A program made the position numbers and the translations under genes. Source: a bacterium (GTDB taxonomy: Bacteria > Hinthialibacterota > Hinthialibacteria > Hinthialibacterales > Hinthialibacteraceae). Taken from it: 64,000 nucleotides of DNA. The notes under the pieces were generated by a model that was not told the DNA's origin, ran no database searches, and saw only the letters and a list, made by a program, of their open reading frames with translations. Of this stretch, positions 1 through 9,524 are shown in pieces (the first letter of the stretch is position 1; each line of letters starts with the position of its first letter). Where the stretch lies: positions 32,001 through 96,000 of the forward strand of contig CAXXSM010000105.1 in NCBI GenBank assembly GCA_963663405.2. Reading direction: 5' to 3'.

Positions 1-2
1 AT

Positions 3-1496
3 TTCGCCAACGCCGAATCCATTCGCGATAACTTGGGATTTCGCCTCGGTACATTGGAGAATCGGCATACTGTGGATGGATACACATGTGAGTCTTTAAC
101 CGATCAATGGGAATGGAGAGTGTTCCGTGTCGATAATAGTAACGCGTGGCTTGGAAACTTAGCCGATAGTACTGGTGGGGGCCAATACGGAGGCGTCAAT
201 GGAGGCACGATCCGCTTTCAAAATACGACCGGCCTGATTTTCCGGGCTGTGGCGATCGGTCCGGAAGGCGCATTTGGGGATCCGGATAGGATCAATAGAT
301 CCAATACCGTTGACTTTGATCCCAATCCATACGCCATTCTTGCGGAATGGGATATCGACAAAGGAATTACCAACGGACTCGATCTTTACATGGATGAAGA
401 AGGTGATCAGGAACCAATCATTTCTGAGTCTATCGGCCCCGCTGACGATCAACGCAAAGCGGCCCGGCCCGCCAAGGGAGATGGAAGCGATGGGATTGAA
501 GACAATTACCTGAATTGGTTGATCCTCGACGAACACTTCGGTCCAACCAGTCAGCCCAGTTTCCGCATCAAAGTAGTCGCAGAATATTACGACGATCCCA
601 TCCTGGCGGGAGAAACGTTTGGACCAGATGTCTACATGACTGCTGGCGGTGGTGATCCCGTACCTTATCCGGCTGAAAATTGGACGGTCCTAACGGGAAG
701 CGGCCAGTGGCTGGAAGCGGAATGGTATGTGCCTGATGTTAAACTCATCGGTGTGAATATCCCGTCGGACGCGCAGGCCGGGCCACGCTTCTATTTTAGC
801 GGGCCTATTTACATAAGCCGTCTCCGTATGGGCGCCATCCGGTCATCGGGCATTTATGAAGGCGTCGATCCGATTCCGGATTCGTACCCATTCAATCCCG
901 ATCCCTATGGAATCTATGCGGAAATGGATTTAGATCAAGATCTCTTTGATCATCTCAATATGGCCAATAACGGAGGCGATCAGGAATATATCATTGAGGA
1001 AGGAATAGGCCCGGCTGGTGATATTCGAACCGCTGTGCGCCCCGCTTTGGATTTGGGGACGGATCCATTTGACCGGTATATGAATTTTGCGATTTTGGAT
1101 GAGGTATTCGGTCCCAACGATCAGCCCAACGCCGTGGTAAAAATGGCTGTCGATTATTTCGATGATCCAGAACTGATTGGCGCGCAATTCGGAGCGGAAG
1201 TGTATAAAACAAACGCGTTTGGAACGCTTCAGATTGTCTCGGTTCCCAACGATCAACGTATCACTCTTGAAGGCGCCAACACTTGGCGCACCGCCGCCTG
1301 GCAGGTTGATAATTTAAACTTCAGCGGTGTAAACGTCAGCCCGCAAGGAGCGATGCGCCTCTGGTTTTCGGATAACAGCGCGATTCATATCAGCCGGGTT
1401 CGCATTGCGGTGATCCGGCCCGTTGGAGAATTCGCGGGTGTGGATATGCTGGCGGATGTTCCTTTAACCCCCGTCACCGGATGGGAATTGTACTAA
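3..1496 (+). CDS. Acidic, probably secreted protein with tandem ~190-aa repeats and C-terminal PVTGWELY; 5'-truncated by the window edge
   Basis: Frame is open from nt 3. Two clear internal repeats (PYAILAEWDID..GDQE..IGP..D.R..Y.N..ILDE.FGP..QP..DY.DDP..G..FG..VY) plus a partial third. D/E-rich. Confidence 0.8.
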   Translation, partial: FANAESIRDNLGFRLGTLENRHTVDGYTCESLTDQWEWRVFRVDNSNAWLGNLADSTGGGQYGGVNGGTIRFQNTTGLIFRAVAIGPEGAFGDPDRINRSNTVDFDPNPYAILAEWDIDKGITNGLDLYMDEEGDQEPIISESIGPADDQRKAARPAKGDGSDGIEDNYLNWLILDEHFGPTSQPSFRIKVVAEYYDDPILAGETFGPDVYMTAGGGDPVPYPAENWTVLTGSGQWLEAEWYVPDVKLIGVNIPSDAQAGPRFYFSGPIYISRLRMGAIRSSGIYEGVDPIPDSYPFNPDPYGIYAEMDLDQDLFDHLNMANNGGDQEYIIEEGIGPAGDIRTAVRPALDLGTDPFDRYMNFAILDEVFGPNDQPNAVVKMAVDYFDDPELIGAQFGAEVYKTNAFGTLQIVSVPNDQRITLEGANTWRTAAWQVDNLNFSGVNVSPQGAMRLWFSDNSAIHISRVRIAVIRPVGEFAGVDMLADVPLTPVTGWELY

Positions 1497-1559
1497 ATGC
1501 ACAAAGTGGAACCATGCGATTGAATTACGCTTTGCGGGATAAACGCTGTCACAAAGAAC

Positions 1560-1592
1560 GGGGCGTGGAAGAATCTATTCCACGCCCCATTT
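1560..1592. terminator. Hairpin between convergent genes, probable terminator
   Basis: GGGGCGTGGAA(1560-1570)...TTCCACGCCCC(1578-1588), a perfect 11-bp stem between two convergent stop codons. Confidence 0.7.
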
Positions 1593-1619
1593 CAAACTGT
1601 CTTATCGAGAAAAATTAAC

Positions 1620-3002
1620 TTAGCGCAACATCCAACTTTCAACGCTGGCGGGCATGTGATCGGATGTGACGGTCAACCGGACGACATTGGTGAATCCAGC
1701 GCCTGTCGCGTAAATGATGATGAATGAGTCGCTGACGGGATCGTATTTGACATCATGATAGTTAGCGTCGTTGCTGATCGCAGTAGGTGTTTCCACCAGT
1801 TTGTATAGATCGTCAGGACGCCCTGGGAGGATTTCACCTTCCGGACCGAGAAGCGTAAACACCATCCCCTGAAAACCTCCGCTGGCGTTGTGAGATATCA
1901 CAATTACACCGCTGTTTGGATCGGCGGCAAGCCGTGGATGACGCTGGCTGAACGGCACACTTCCTGCCGCTTCCAAATAAGGAATTTGTTCCCGCGCTTC
2001 TTCCAAAACGTAATCGGGCGCCGGACCGATATTGAAATAGAAAATATCGCCGCCTTCCGCGCCGTTCGCGTAATCGAGAACACCAATAAATTCTCCATTA
2101 AAAGGATTCTCAATGGCGGAGGGATGGCCGGCGTCGAAATTCTTGCGCAGCTGGGAAACGATTCGTTGTTCACCCAATTGCAGACTACCATCATCGCCCG
2201 GCACAGTTTGAATCATCCGGCTTGAGATCCGATTGGGAGATGTGGATGGATCAATGTTTGTGATAAAGAGGAAGACGTCGTTCTCTTCTAAATAATAGAC
2301 GTCTGGATCGTCTTCATCACGTGTTGGTTCGAGAGAATCCAATCGAGTCGCTTCAGCGGTCAGGAGATTGCCGTCCTGATCGTACAGCAGACCGATAACG
2401 CCTTCACTTTCATCGGGTGGATCATATTCGGACACATAGATCATGTTCCCATTTTGCGAACTGCACGCTACGGCGGTATCCTGATAATTGAATTCGGTTT
2501 CCGGATCAAACGACCACGCTTTCACAACGGGATCCGCATCCCCTGCCGCGCTCTTGGCGTTAACGATCGCCATCAACGGAACGCGCGCGCCCGTGGGGGA
2601 ATAGCCGTCCGCCGCCACCGCTACAAAGTATTGGTTGCTGACCGGATTGTAGGCGACGGTCAATTTCTGCAATTCTCCGTAGGGATTGCCGACAATAATA
2701 AAAGGATCGCCGACTTGTGTGAGGGTCACAGGATTGTAAAAGAAACCCATGACCGCATGGACAGCGGGGTCTCCCGTGATGGGATCGTTATCCACCGCGA
2801 TGGTGTCGATCGTAACGAACAGGATTTCCGGTTCGTTTGTGTTCACGGCCAATCCCGCTTCTTTGGTGCTGGTCTCTTCAAACAGGGTGATCGGTTCACT
2901 GATCGTGAACTCGGGTTCCTGCGCGGCGGCGAAGCCACATAAGACGAGATTCGCCAGGATAGCGAACACCGCGCATTTGCTTAAAATACCTTTTTTCATC
3001 AC
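1620..3002 (-). CDS. Secreted acidic protein, possibly a beta-propeller, ending ...ASVESWMLR
   Basis: 460 aa, Sec signal (MKKGILSKCAVFAILANLVLCGFAAA-Q), RBS GGAGGT, repeated V.Y.P.S..F-type blade motifs. Confidence 0.8.
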   Translation of the reverse strand: MMKKGILSKCAVFAILANLVLCGFAAAQEPEFTISEPITLFEETSTKEAGLAVNTNEPEILFVTIDTIAVDNDPITGDPAVHAVMGFFYNPVTLTQVGDPFIIVGNPYGELQKLTVAYNPVSNQYFVAVAADGYSPTGARVPLMAIVNAKSAAGDADPVVKAWSFDPETEFNYQDTAVACSSQNGNMIYVSEYDPPDESEGVIGLLYDQDGNLLTAEATRLDSLEPTRDEDDPDVYYLEENDVFLFITNIDPSTSPNRISSRMIQTVPGDDGSLQLGEQRIVSQLRKNFDAGHPSAIENPFNGEFIGVLDYANGAEGGDIFYFNIGPAPDYVLEEAREQIPYLEAAGSVPFSQRHPRLAADPNSGVIVISHNASGGFQGMVFTLLGPEGEILPGRPDDLYKLVETPTAISNDANYHDVKYDPVSDSFIIIYATGAGFTNVVRLTVTSDHMPASVESWMLR

Positions 3003-3296
3003 ATACCTCCATTAAAAAAAATGTGTTTTGTGGATTCAGAACAGATAGAACCCAATACAAAGACGGCAAAAGTATAACTTGTATAGTGTTCAGGTCAGAA
3101 GTCCGTCTCTCCACGATAGCGGCAATTTAATGATATAATAATGTTCTTAATAGTATGTTAACGCTTTTTTCTTATTATTAATAGTGTACATCGAAAGAAT
3201 GCCCTAAAAGAAGATCACCATTTTTAAAAAACCGAGAGACTACAAATGCAAGTTGGAGAGATGATATTTAACCTTTGAAAGGGAGGAGTTTATTTC

Positions 3297-3455
3297 ATGG
3301 AAACATTTTTAGCGAAAATCTGCCAAGTGTGTCCGTTTTGTATTGCGAGGCGGAAATGGCCGGATAGCGGGTACGCTCGATTTATGCGCAAGATAGAAAA
3401 AAACTGCCCGTTTTGCCGCGCGTACAATCGATTGAAGGCGAAAGAGCGGAAGTGA
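3297..3455 (+). CDS. 52-aa Cys-rich, probably metal-binding mini-protein (CxxCPFC...CPFC)
   Basis: Hand translation: METFLAKICQVCPFCIARRKWPDSGYARFMRKIEKNCPFCRAYNRLKAKERK. Strong RBS GGGAGGAG at 3281-3288. Too short for the ORF track. Confidence 0.75.
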   Translation: METFLAKICQVCPFCIARRKWPDSGYARFMRKIEKNCPFCRAYNRLKAKERK

Positions 3456-3803
3456 TATATAGGCTATTCAATTAATCCAATATAGTGTTATTAAGCGCTT
3501 TCTCCATCAACGACGATAGAGGATAATAAAGATAGACTCTAGTCGTTGAGCGAAACAAATATTTATTAGAATCTGTCTCCAAGAAATCTCTAGGTAAATG
3601 ACCATTCCCTCACGATCTGTGTGACTGACGCTCAATAATCATGCGCAAACAGTCTATGACCAATTTTGCGAGGTGTAGATAACTCTCATTAAATAAAAGG
3701 TTATATAATAAGTAATTAATGAAAACGATTTCTTAGAAACTAAACCAAAAACAGCTTTGAGTGGTTCATAAAATCAAACCACCGGCTCATTCGAAGATCA
3801 TGA

Positions 3804-4853
3804 CTAAAATGGCAAACCGCAATTTACACTTATGGTGCGATGTCGAAGAGCAGAATTGTCTGAAGGGAAATAAGCAGCAGCATATATTTCTACATCAGCA
3901 ATTAAGCTAATATCAGCTTGGCTGTTTTGCTCCCATTCAATAAAACCAAAACCAGTTATAAAATCGTTGTTATTCTTCATTTTCAAAAGTATTGTCTTTT
4001 GTGGCAATAAATCAAATTGGACAGTATTATTTGTAGTTGATCCAGTATTTTCAATGTATGTACCTGAAGTAGTTCCATCTATTAGTACTGTAAGTAATCC
4101 GCTATTTTTATCATTATTATCCGTTAATATAGAACCATCACTCTTTACTAATGTAACATAAACAGTTGAAACATCGTCTGCAATATTTGATATACTTATA
4201 AAACACTCATGATCATGGTATCCGGAATCATAACAACTCCACTTAGAGATATATGCTTTTCCTCTAGCCTTCGGGATAACATCAACTACAATCTCCGCAG
4301 GTTGATCTAAATCCACATATTCTTTACTAGGTATACGGACATCCACAAGACTTTCTGTGGTTGGCCGCATGGCTAGGCCATTATTAGCTGCTGTTCCGTC
4401 CACCCAAGCTTTTACTAGGTCTGTAATATCTACGACAATGGTTGTACCGATTTCCTCAGTGATAAATACATGATTGGCTTCGACTACAGCATTGACGGGC
4501 GGCATGTTGGAGGCTGTAATCGCGCTTTCGTTCCATGAACCTTCCACGGAAGCGAATTCCACTTCGCCCGGTGAATCCATGATGTTGACATACAATTTTA
4601 GATGCGCGCTTACAATATCCGAACCGCGATACTCTGCCAGAGTGGCGGTGTCAAACTTAAAAAATCCAAGTCGTCCTTGGCCAACAACATCATCCGCGCG
4701 CACATGGTTATTCGCACCCACATTGGTGTCAGGAAGAAATTCCAACACAGTAGCGTCATCAGTGACTGGTAATGTAAGCGTATCTGCATAAGTTGAAACA
4801 GCCCCAATAAAAAGGATACTCGTGATCGTTAAAACTAGACTTACGCTTCTCAT
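3804..4853 (-). CDS. Secreted DNRLRE/CBM96-like domain protein with an additional low-GC C-terminal domain
   Basis: Signal peptide, then DDATV..PDTN..G...FFKFD..SAHLKLYV..W.ES.IT..N.P...DITDLVKAWVDG..NNGL, typical of DNRLRE domains. Start set at MRSVSL after the GGAG RBS. Confidence 0.7.
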   Translation of the reverse strand: MRSVSLVLTITSILFIGAVSTYADTLTLPVTDDATVLEFLPDTNVGANNHVRADDVVGQGRLGFFKFDTATLAEYRGSDIVSAHLKLYVNIMDSPGEVEFASVEGSWNESAITASNMPPVNAVVEANHVFITEEIGTTIVVDITDLVKAWVDGTAANNGLAMRPTTESLVDVRIPSKEYVDLDQPAEIVVDVIPKARGKAYISKWSCYDSGYHDHECFISISNIADDVSTVYVTLVKSDGSILTDNNDKNSGLLTVLIDGTTSGTYIENTGSTTNNTVQFDLLPQKTILLKMKNNNDFITGFGFIEWEQNSQADISLIADVEIYAAAYFPSDNSALRHRTISVNCGLPF

Positions 4854-5308
4854 AATTCTCCACCTTTGCATAGATATTTACAGAACTAAATATATTTATG
4901 CAGTTCTGTTATTAATTTCTTTGATTGAAAATTAAATGCAAAAATCACTCTATCTTAAAAATATAAAATTCAAAAGTCAAGTGAGCCTTTTACAAAATAG
5001 ATAAAGAGGATGTTTTTCATAATATAGATCAACAATCATGTAGAACTCTAGAAAATGGACATTATTTCGGAAATCTCCTGTAGATAGATTTTCAAATGAA
5101 AGAAAAATATATTTTATCTGACGGTGTGCGTCTATTTGAATTAAATTCTGATTGAAATTTTTTCACACCTCTTGTCTGAATCGTCAACACAAATCAAACT
5201 GTTAGCGAGTGATTAGGAGGAATGCTGAGGCCATAGAGTATCTCTCCGCCGTTCGTTTTCACACCGATACGAAAGAACTCGATCTTTTCCACATCAGGAG
5301 CACAATGG

Positions 5309-6319
5309 ATGAAGTTACTTATCACCGGAGCGTCCGGTTATCTGGGCGCCGCGATTTTGCACGAGGCGCTCGCGGAAGGGTATCGAATACGGGTGTTACT
5401 CCGTCCTGAATCGGATCGCAGCCAAATTCCAGACGAAGTGGAAATCATTCAAGGCAATCTACTTGATTCGCATTCTCTTCATCAAGCGATGAAAGGCTGC
5501 GGCGCTGTGATTCATTCCGCGGGGCTGGTTTCGATCTGGCGCCGCAATCCAAATGATTTTTATCAAACCAACGTATTGGGAACCGTTAACATATTGCGCG
5601 CGGCGCGGGATGAAAAAGTGGCGCGCGTCGTGTATACCTCGTCGTTTTTCGCACTCGGCCCCACCCGCGAACGGCCCGCGGATGAAACCTGGAGCAACCA
5701 TCTCACCCTGCCGCCAACCGAATATGCGCGGAGCAAAACCGAAGCGGATAAACGAGTCATGAATTGGGTTGAGGAAGGAAACAACGCAGTCCTGCTCTAT
5801 CCCGTATTTTTATATGGGCCAGGGAAATCAGAGAAAGGGAACTGTGTTTCCACGCTATTGGAAGACTATATAAATAGAAGAATCCCCGGTGTCATCTATG
5901 GAGGGAATAAACGCTGGACTTATTCCTACCTACAGGATGTGGCGCGCGGTCACATTCTCGCCTTGGAAAAAGGACGTACGGGAGAGAAATATATCCTTGG
6001 CGGAGAAGACGCGACGCTGCGAGAGTTATTCGACATTGTGAAAGATATTACAGGCGTGGAACGCTCACGCGGAAGACGAACCTCGCGCTTTCTCAACCAA
6101 TACGCTTGGTTGGAGGAGACAAAAGCGCGTTTTTTCAAACAATATACTCCAAAAATGACACGGGAGAGTTTGGGCGTTTACCGGCATCATTGGCGGTATT
6201 CTTCCCAGAAAGCCATCGGTGAATTAGGCTACATTCGCACGCCGTTGAAAGTAGGAATCATAAAAACGCTGGAAAGCCTGGGGCTGGCGCCGAAAGAAGA
6301 CCGGAGCACAATTCTATAA
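5309..6319 (+). CDS. NAD-dependent epimerase/dehydratase (extended SDR, HpnA/dihydroflavonol-reductase-like)
   Basis: ITGASGYLG Rossmann motif, YTSS, catalytic YARSK, DVARGH..A...G..GE.YILGG. Confidence 0.9.
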   Translation: MKLLITGASGYLGAAILHEALAEGYRIRVLLRPESDRSQIPDEVEIIQGNLLDSHSLHQAMKGCGAVIHSAGLVSIWRRNPNDFYQTNVLGTVNILRAARDEKVARVVYTSSFFALGPTRERPADETWSNHLTLPPTEYARSKTEADKRVMNWVEEGNNAVLLYPVFLYGPGKSEKGNCVSTLLEDYINRRIPGVIYGGNKRWTYSYLQDVARGHILALEKGRTGEKYILGGEDATLRELFDIVKDITGVERSRGRRTSRFLNQYAWLEETKARFFKQYTPKMTRESLGVYRHHWRYSSQKAIGELGYIRTPLKVGIIKTLESLGLAPKEDRSTIL

Positions 6320-6356
6320 TTGTTTTTTATCGATTTCGTGGAAACGCAACTTTGAT

Positions 6357-7391
6357 TTAGAAAAGACTCCAATGATATACGGAGACGGGTTCACCGGCGA
6401 TCGAACCCGCGTTCAATCCATCAAGGCCCAAGCCGGACGCGGGAGAGCCGGATTGGAGGTTGAAATCCAGATCGGCGTTCAACGTTCCGGGCGTCACGTT
6501 GACGTACAATGGATTATAAACGACAGAGTCAATAATTTCCGGTTCGGCGCCGCCCGTCACCAAGAGTTCTCCTTCCGAAACCAGATCCCAGAGCACCGAA
6601 TTTTTAATCGTTAATGATCCTTGTGTCAGATAGATATCATCAGTTTCGACAGTTCCATCATTGCCGTTCGTTGCAAGGAGTATGGAATTGGTAATGGTGA
6701 CGGAAGGCCCTTCATTAGGGGCGGCTTCAGGATCATCGAGCCTCATGCTCACGGCTAAGTCATGATTAAAAAAATCACAATGGTCAAAGGTGGCGTACGA
6801 GGTATCCCGGAGATTGATGATTGAAGAAGGGGCGCCGAAATCGGATGGATAATCGGCTGTGATCGCGAAGACACAGTTCTTTACAATCATGGGCGCGGCG
6901 GGTGTTCCAACCGTCCGTCCACCGGTTGATTTGAAGATCGTCTGGCAGTTGATAAACCATACATTCTCAAAGATGACAGGAGCGTCTGAAGGCGAATCGA
7001 CACTTCCCGTGCGTAGATCAAGCGCGCGGCCATCCGCGTTCAAGATCGTTATGTTCCGGATAATCGCAGGCCCCCGAATCGAAAAGGCTCTTGCGTCATC
7101 CTCCGAGGCTGAATAGGAATAGAAATCCAAGATGGTCGCTTCGGGACCGAGACCGCTGCCCGAACCTTCGAGTACGGGAGTTTCATCTTGAAAACGCAGT
7201 TGAACGCCCATCTCATAAAGACCTGGCGCGAGTTTCATGGTATACGTGTCATCATAGTCTCTTAAATCGATGGAAATTAATACAGCGTCTTCTGGTTCGT
7301 ATTCCAGGATTTCCTGTGAAACCGCCGGTACAATAAAGAAAAGCGCAAGAATAAGAAAGGAGCCGATGCTCATTCCATTTCGGTTAGCCAT
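6357..7391 (-). CDS. Secreted acidic protein, likely right-handed beta-helix (pectin-lyase-like), ending ...VSVYHWSLF
   Basis: Signal peptide, LAPGLY, LEGSG..ATILD, repeated (I/V)xNxx(F/I) strands, P.YV...DFNLQSGSPA...G.NAG tail. RBS GGAGG before MANRN. Confidence 0.75.
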   Translation of the reverse strand: MANRNGMSIGSFLILALFFIVPAVSQEILEYEPEDAVLISIDLRDYDDTYTMKLAPGLYEMGVQLRFQDETPVLEGSGSGLGPEATILDFYSYSASEDDARAFSIRGPAIIRNITILNADGRALDLRTGSVDSPSDAPVIFENVWFINCQTIFKSTGGRTVGTPAAPMIVKNCVFAITADYPSDFGAPSSIINLRDTSYATFDHCDFFNHDLAVSMRLDDPEAAPNEGPSVTITNSILLATNGNDGTVETDDIYLTQGSLTIKNSVLWDLVSEGELLVTGGAEPEIIDSVVYNPLYVNVTPGTLNADLDFNLQSGSPASGLGLDGLNAGSIAGEPVSVYHWSLF

Positions 7392-7495
7392 TATTTCCTC
7401 CATATGGTTTATCTGGGCGTTTGATCGTTCGAGATAGTTTTATTCTAACATTTTATTTTCAAGAAGAAACATGCAATTCAATCCCACCCCAATTT

Positions 7496-7594
7496 TTATC
7501 CCCAATTCGCTGTGGATAAAATGTTGAAAAGGTGTTTTTCGCCCTGTATAACCGGTGATTCGCAGGTGGTATCCTGTGGATAACCTGTGGATGA
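7496..7594. promoter_or_regulatory. DnaA-box cluster (putative oriC or DnaA-regulated dnaB promoter)
   Basis: TGTGGATAA at 7511-7519 and 7575-7583 (perfect). TTATCCCCA at 7496-7504 and TGTGGATGA at 7586-7594 (one mismatch each). AT-rich tract follows. Confidence 0.65.
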
Positions 7595-7761
7595 AAAAAT
7601 GTTCAGAAAAAGTGAATTTTGTTATTGATTTCAGGCGCGGTTTGCTTACAATAAACACCACTATTATTCAATTGAATCGCTGTCATGTAATTCAGGGTTA
7701 TTCCTCATTTAATTTCGGTTTCATGCTTTTGAACCTTTCATCTCATCTCTAGGACACACTC

Positions 7762-9165
7762 ATGGCTAAGGTTGAACGTATACATACACAGGATCGAACT
7801 CCTCCACACAACCTGGAAGCCGAGAAAAAAGTGTTGGGCGCGATGATCCGCGATATGGAAGCGATCCACAGGGCGCACGAGATTTTAGGCGCCGACGCGT
7901 TCTATCAACCCAGCCATCAAAAAATTTATGACGCGCTGATCGAACTATCCTCTAAAAACACGGCGATTGATTTGACAACGCTTTCCGATCTGTTGGAACG
8001 GAAGGGGGAACTCAAAGCGATCGGAGGACCGTATTATTTAATCGAAATGGCGCAGAGCGTCGCGACCTCCGCCAACATCGATTACCATGCGGCGATTGTG
8101 CGCGAGCGGGGGATGCGCCGGAAACTGATCCGCCAATGCTCTGAGATCATCAAAGAGGCGTATGAAGGGGAAGACGAAGCCGAACAGATTCTCAACCGGG
8201 CGGAGTCGAGTATCTTTCAACTCTCCCAGCAGCGGTCCGGCCGGTCGTTCAATCCTGTAGGAAAATTTCTCGATACGGCGATGGAGAAGATCCAGCTCGC
8301 GCACGAACAAAGCGGGGCGCTGACCGGACTGGCGAGCGGATTCCGGGATTTGGATAAATTGACATCGGGTTTCCAGAAGTCCGATTTAATTATCCTAGCC
8401 GCTCGTCCTTCCGTAGGGAAAACGAGTCTCGTTTTGAATATCGCGGAATATGCGGCTCTTTCGGGAATTCCAGTCGGAATTTTTTCTTTGGAAATGAGCA
8501 GCGAGCAGATTGCGGAACGTGTGCTCTGCTCGCAAGCGCGGGTGAACTTGAAGCACCTCCGGTCGGGTTATTTCACGAAACGGGAAGCGTCGACGCTGTT
8601 AAAGACGGCGGGGAAAATATACGATATTCCTCTCTATATAGACGATACGCCCAGTTTGAACCCGACCGATGTCTTCAGCCGTTCCCGCCGGTTGAAATCG
8701 GAGTGTCCCGGTCTCGGATTGCTGATTATCGATTATTTACAATTGATGAGCGCGCGAAAAAGTTCTGACAACCGTCAGCAGGAAGTGTCGGAAATCTCGC
8801 GGTCTCTGAAGATCCTAGCCCGTGATTTGGACATCCCCATCATCGCCTGCTCACAGCTATCACGCGCAGTGGAAAAACGCGACGACCATGTGCCCCGGCT
8901 TTCGGATTTGAGAGAATCGGGCGCGATCGAACAGGACGCGGACCTTGTCGCCTTCCTGCACAGGGAACCTCTCAAAGGGGAAGTGGAGGATGAAGAGGAA
9001 GAGGACGAGATGGAAGCGGGCCGCCAGATCCATTACGCCTATAAAATCATCGTCGGCAAACACCGCAACGGCCCGATCGGAGAAATCGACATCTACTTCG
9101 CCCGTGAATACACGCGGTTTTATGATGTGTCACAGGAGGAACCGGATGAGTTGGTTCCGTTTTAG
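7762..9165 (+). CDS. dnaB: Replicative DNA helicase DnaB
   Basis: PPHNLEAE, AARPSVGKT Walker A, IIDYLQLM, SQLSRAVE..LSDLRESGAIEQDAD, KHRNGP. Confidence 0.98.
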   Translation: MAKVERIHTQDRTPPHNLEAEKKVLGAMIRDMEAIHRAHEILGADAFYQPSHQKIYDALIELSSKNTAIDLTTLSDLLERKGELKAIGGPYYLIEMAQSVATSANIDYHAAIVRERGMRRKLIRQCSEIIKEAYEGEDEAEQILNRAESSIFQLSQQRSGRSFNPVGKFLDTAMEKIQLAHEQSGALTGLASGFRDLDKLTSGFQKSDLIILAARPSVGKTSLVLNIAEYAALSGIPVGIFSLEMSSEQIAERVLCSQARVNLKHLRSGYFTKREASTLLKTAGKIYDIPLYIDDTPSLNPTDVFSRSRRLKSECPGLGLLIIDYLQLMSARKSSDNRQQEVSEISRSLKILARDLDIPIIACSQLSRAVEKRDDHVPRLSDLRESGAIEQDADLVAFLHREPLKGEVEDEEEEDEMEAGRQIHYAYKIIVGKHRNGPIGEIDIYFAREYTRFYDVSQEEPDELVPF

Positions 9166-9524
9166 GGATTTTCGTTCCTATCATAATTTTTGTGATCGTT
9201 AAAATACAGTTTGGCCGAATCCACTACTCGCTTTAAAAGCGCCATATCTTGTTGATTCATATCTTTAACTTGAAGTAGGGAACGGATTTTCTCCTCACTG
9301 AACGTACTATACAACTGGCCAATACCAACGTTCAAAAACGAGCAAGTCAAAGTAGTGATGTTTCGAAATGAAAGTACAACAACACGCTCATTTCTTAAGG
9401 CGGTTTCAAGACGATTGTAGACTTTTTGTCCATCGCTGGAAGCGAAACAAAAAGGGCTTCCCGCAATTTCATAAATGGAAAGTTCTATTTGTTTATCCAT
9501 CTCAGTCACCTTTAAAATATCCAA
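9162..9524 (-). CDS. STAS-like domain protein (DUF4325)
   Basis: G..FCFASSDGQKVY..L...L....VVLSF.NI..LT.SFLN.GIGQLY pattern. AT-rich. Alternative start at 9500. Confidence 0.75.
   Translation of the reverse strand: MDILKVTEMDKQIELSIYEIAGSPFCFASSDGQKVYNRLETALRNERVVVLSFRNITTLTCSFLNVGIGQLYSTFSEEKIRSLLQVKDMNQQDMALLKRVVDSAKLYFNDHKNYDRNENP

Noticed and set aside
3480-3800. Integron attC-like site near the TCAACGAC/GTCGTTGA inverted repeat
   Set aside because: No convincing RYYYAAC/GTTRRRY box pairing and no integrase in the window.
7762-9165. Intein in DnaB
   Set aside because: The length (467 aa) and contiguous motifs leave no room for one; only a short acidic loop is inserted near the C-terminus.
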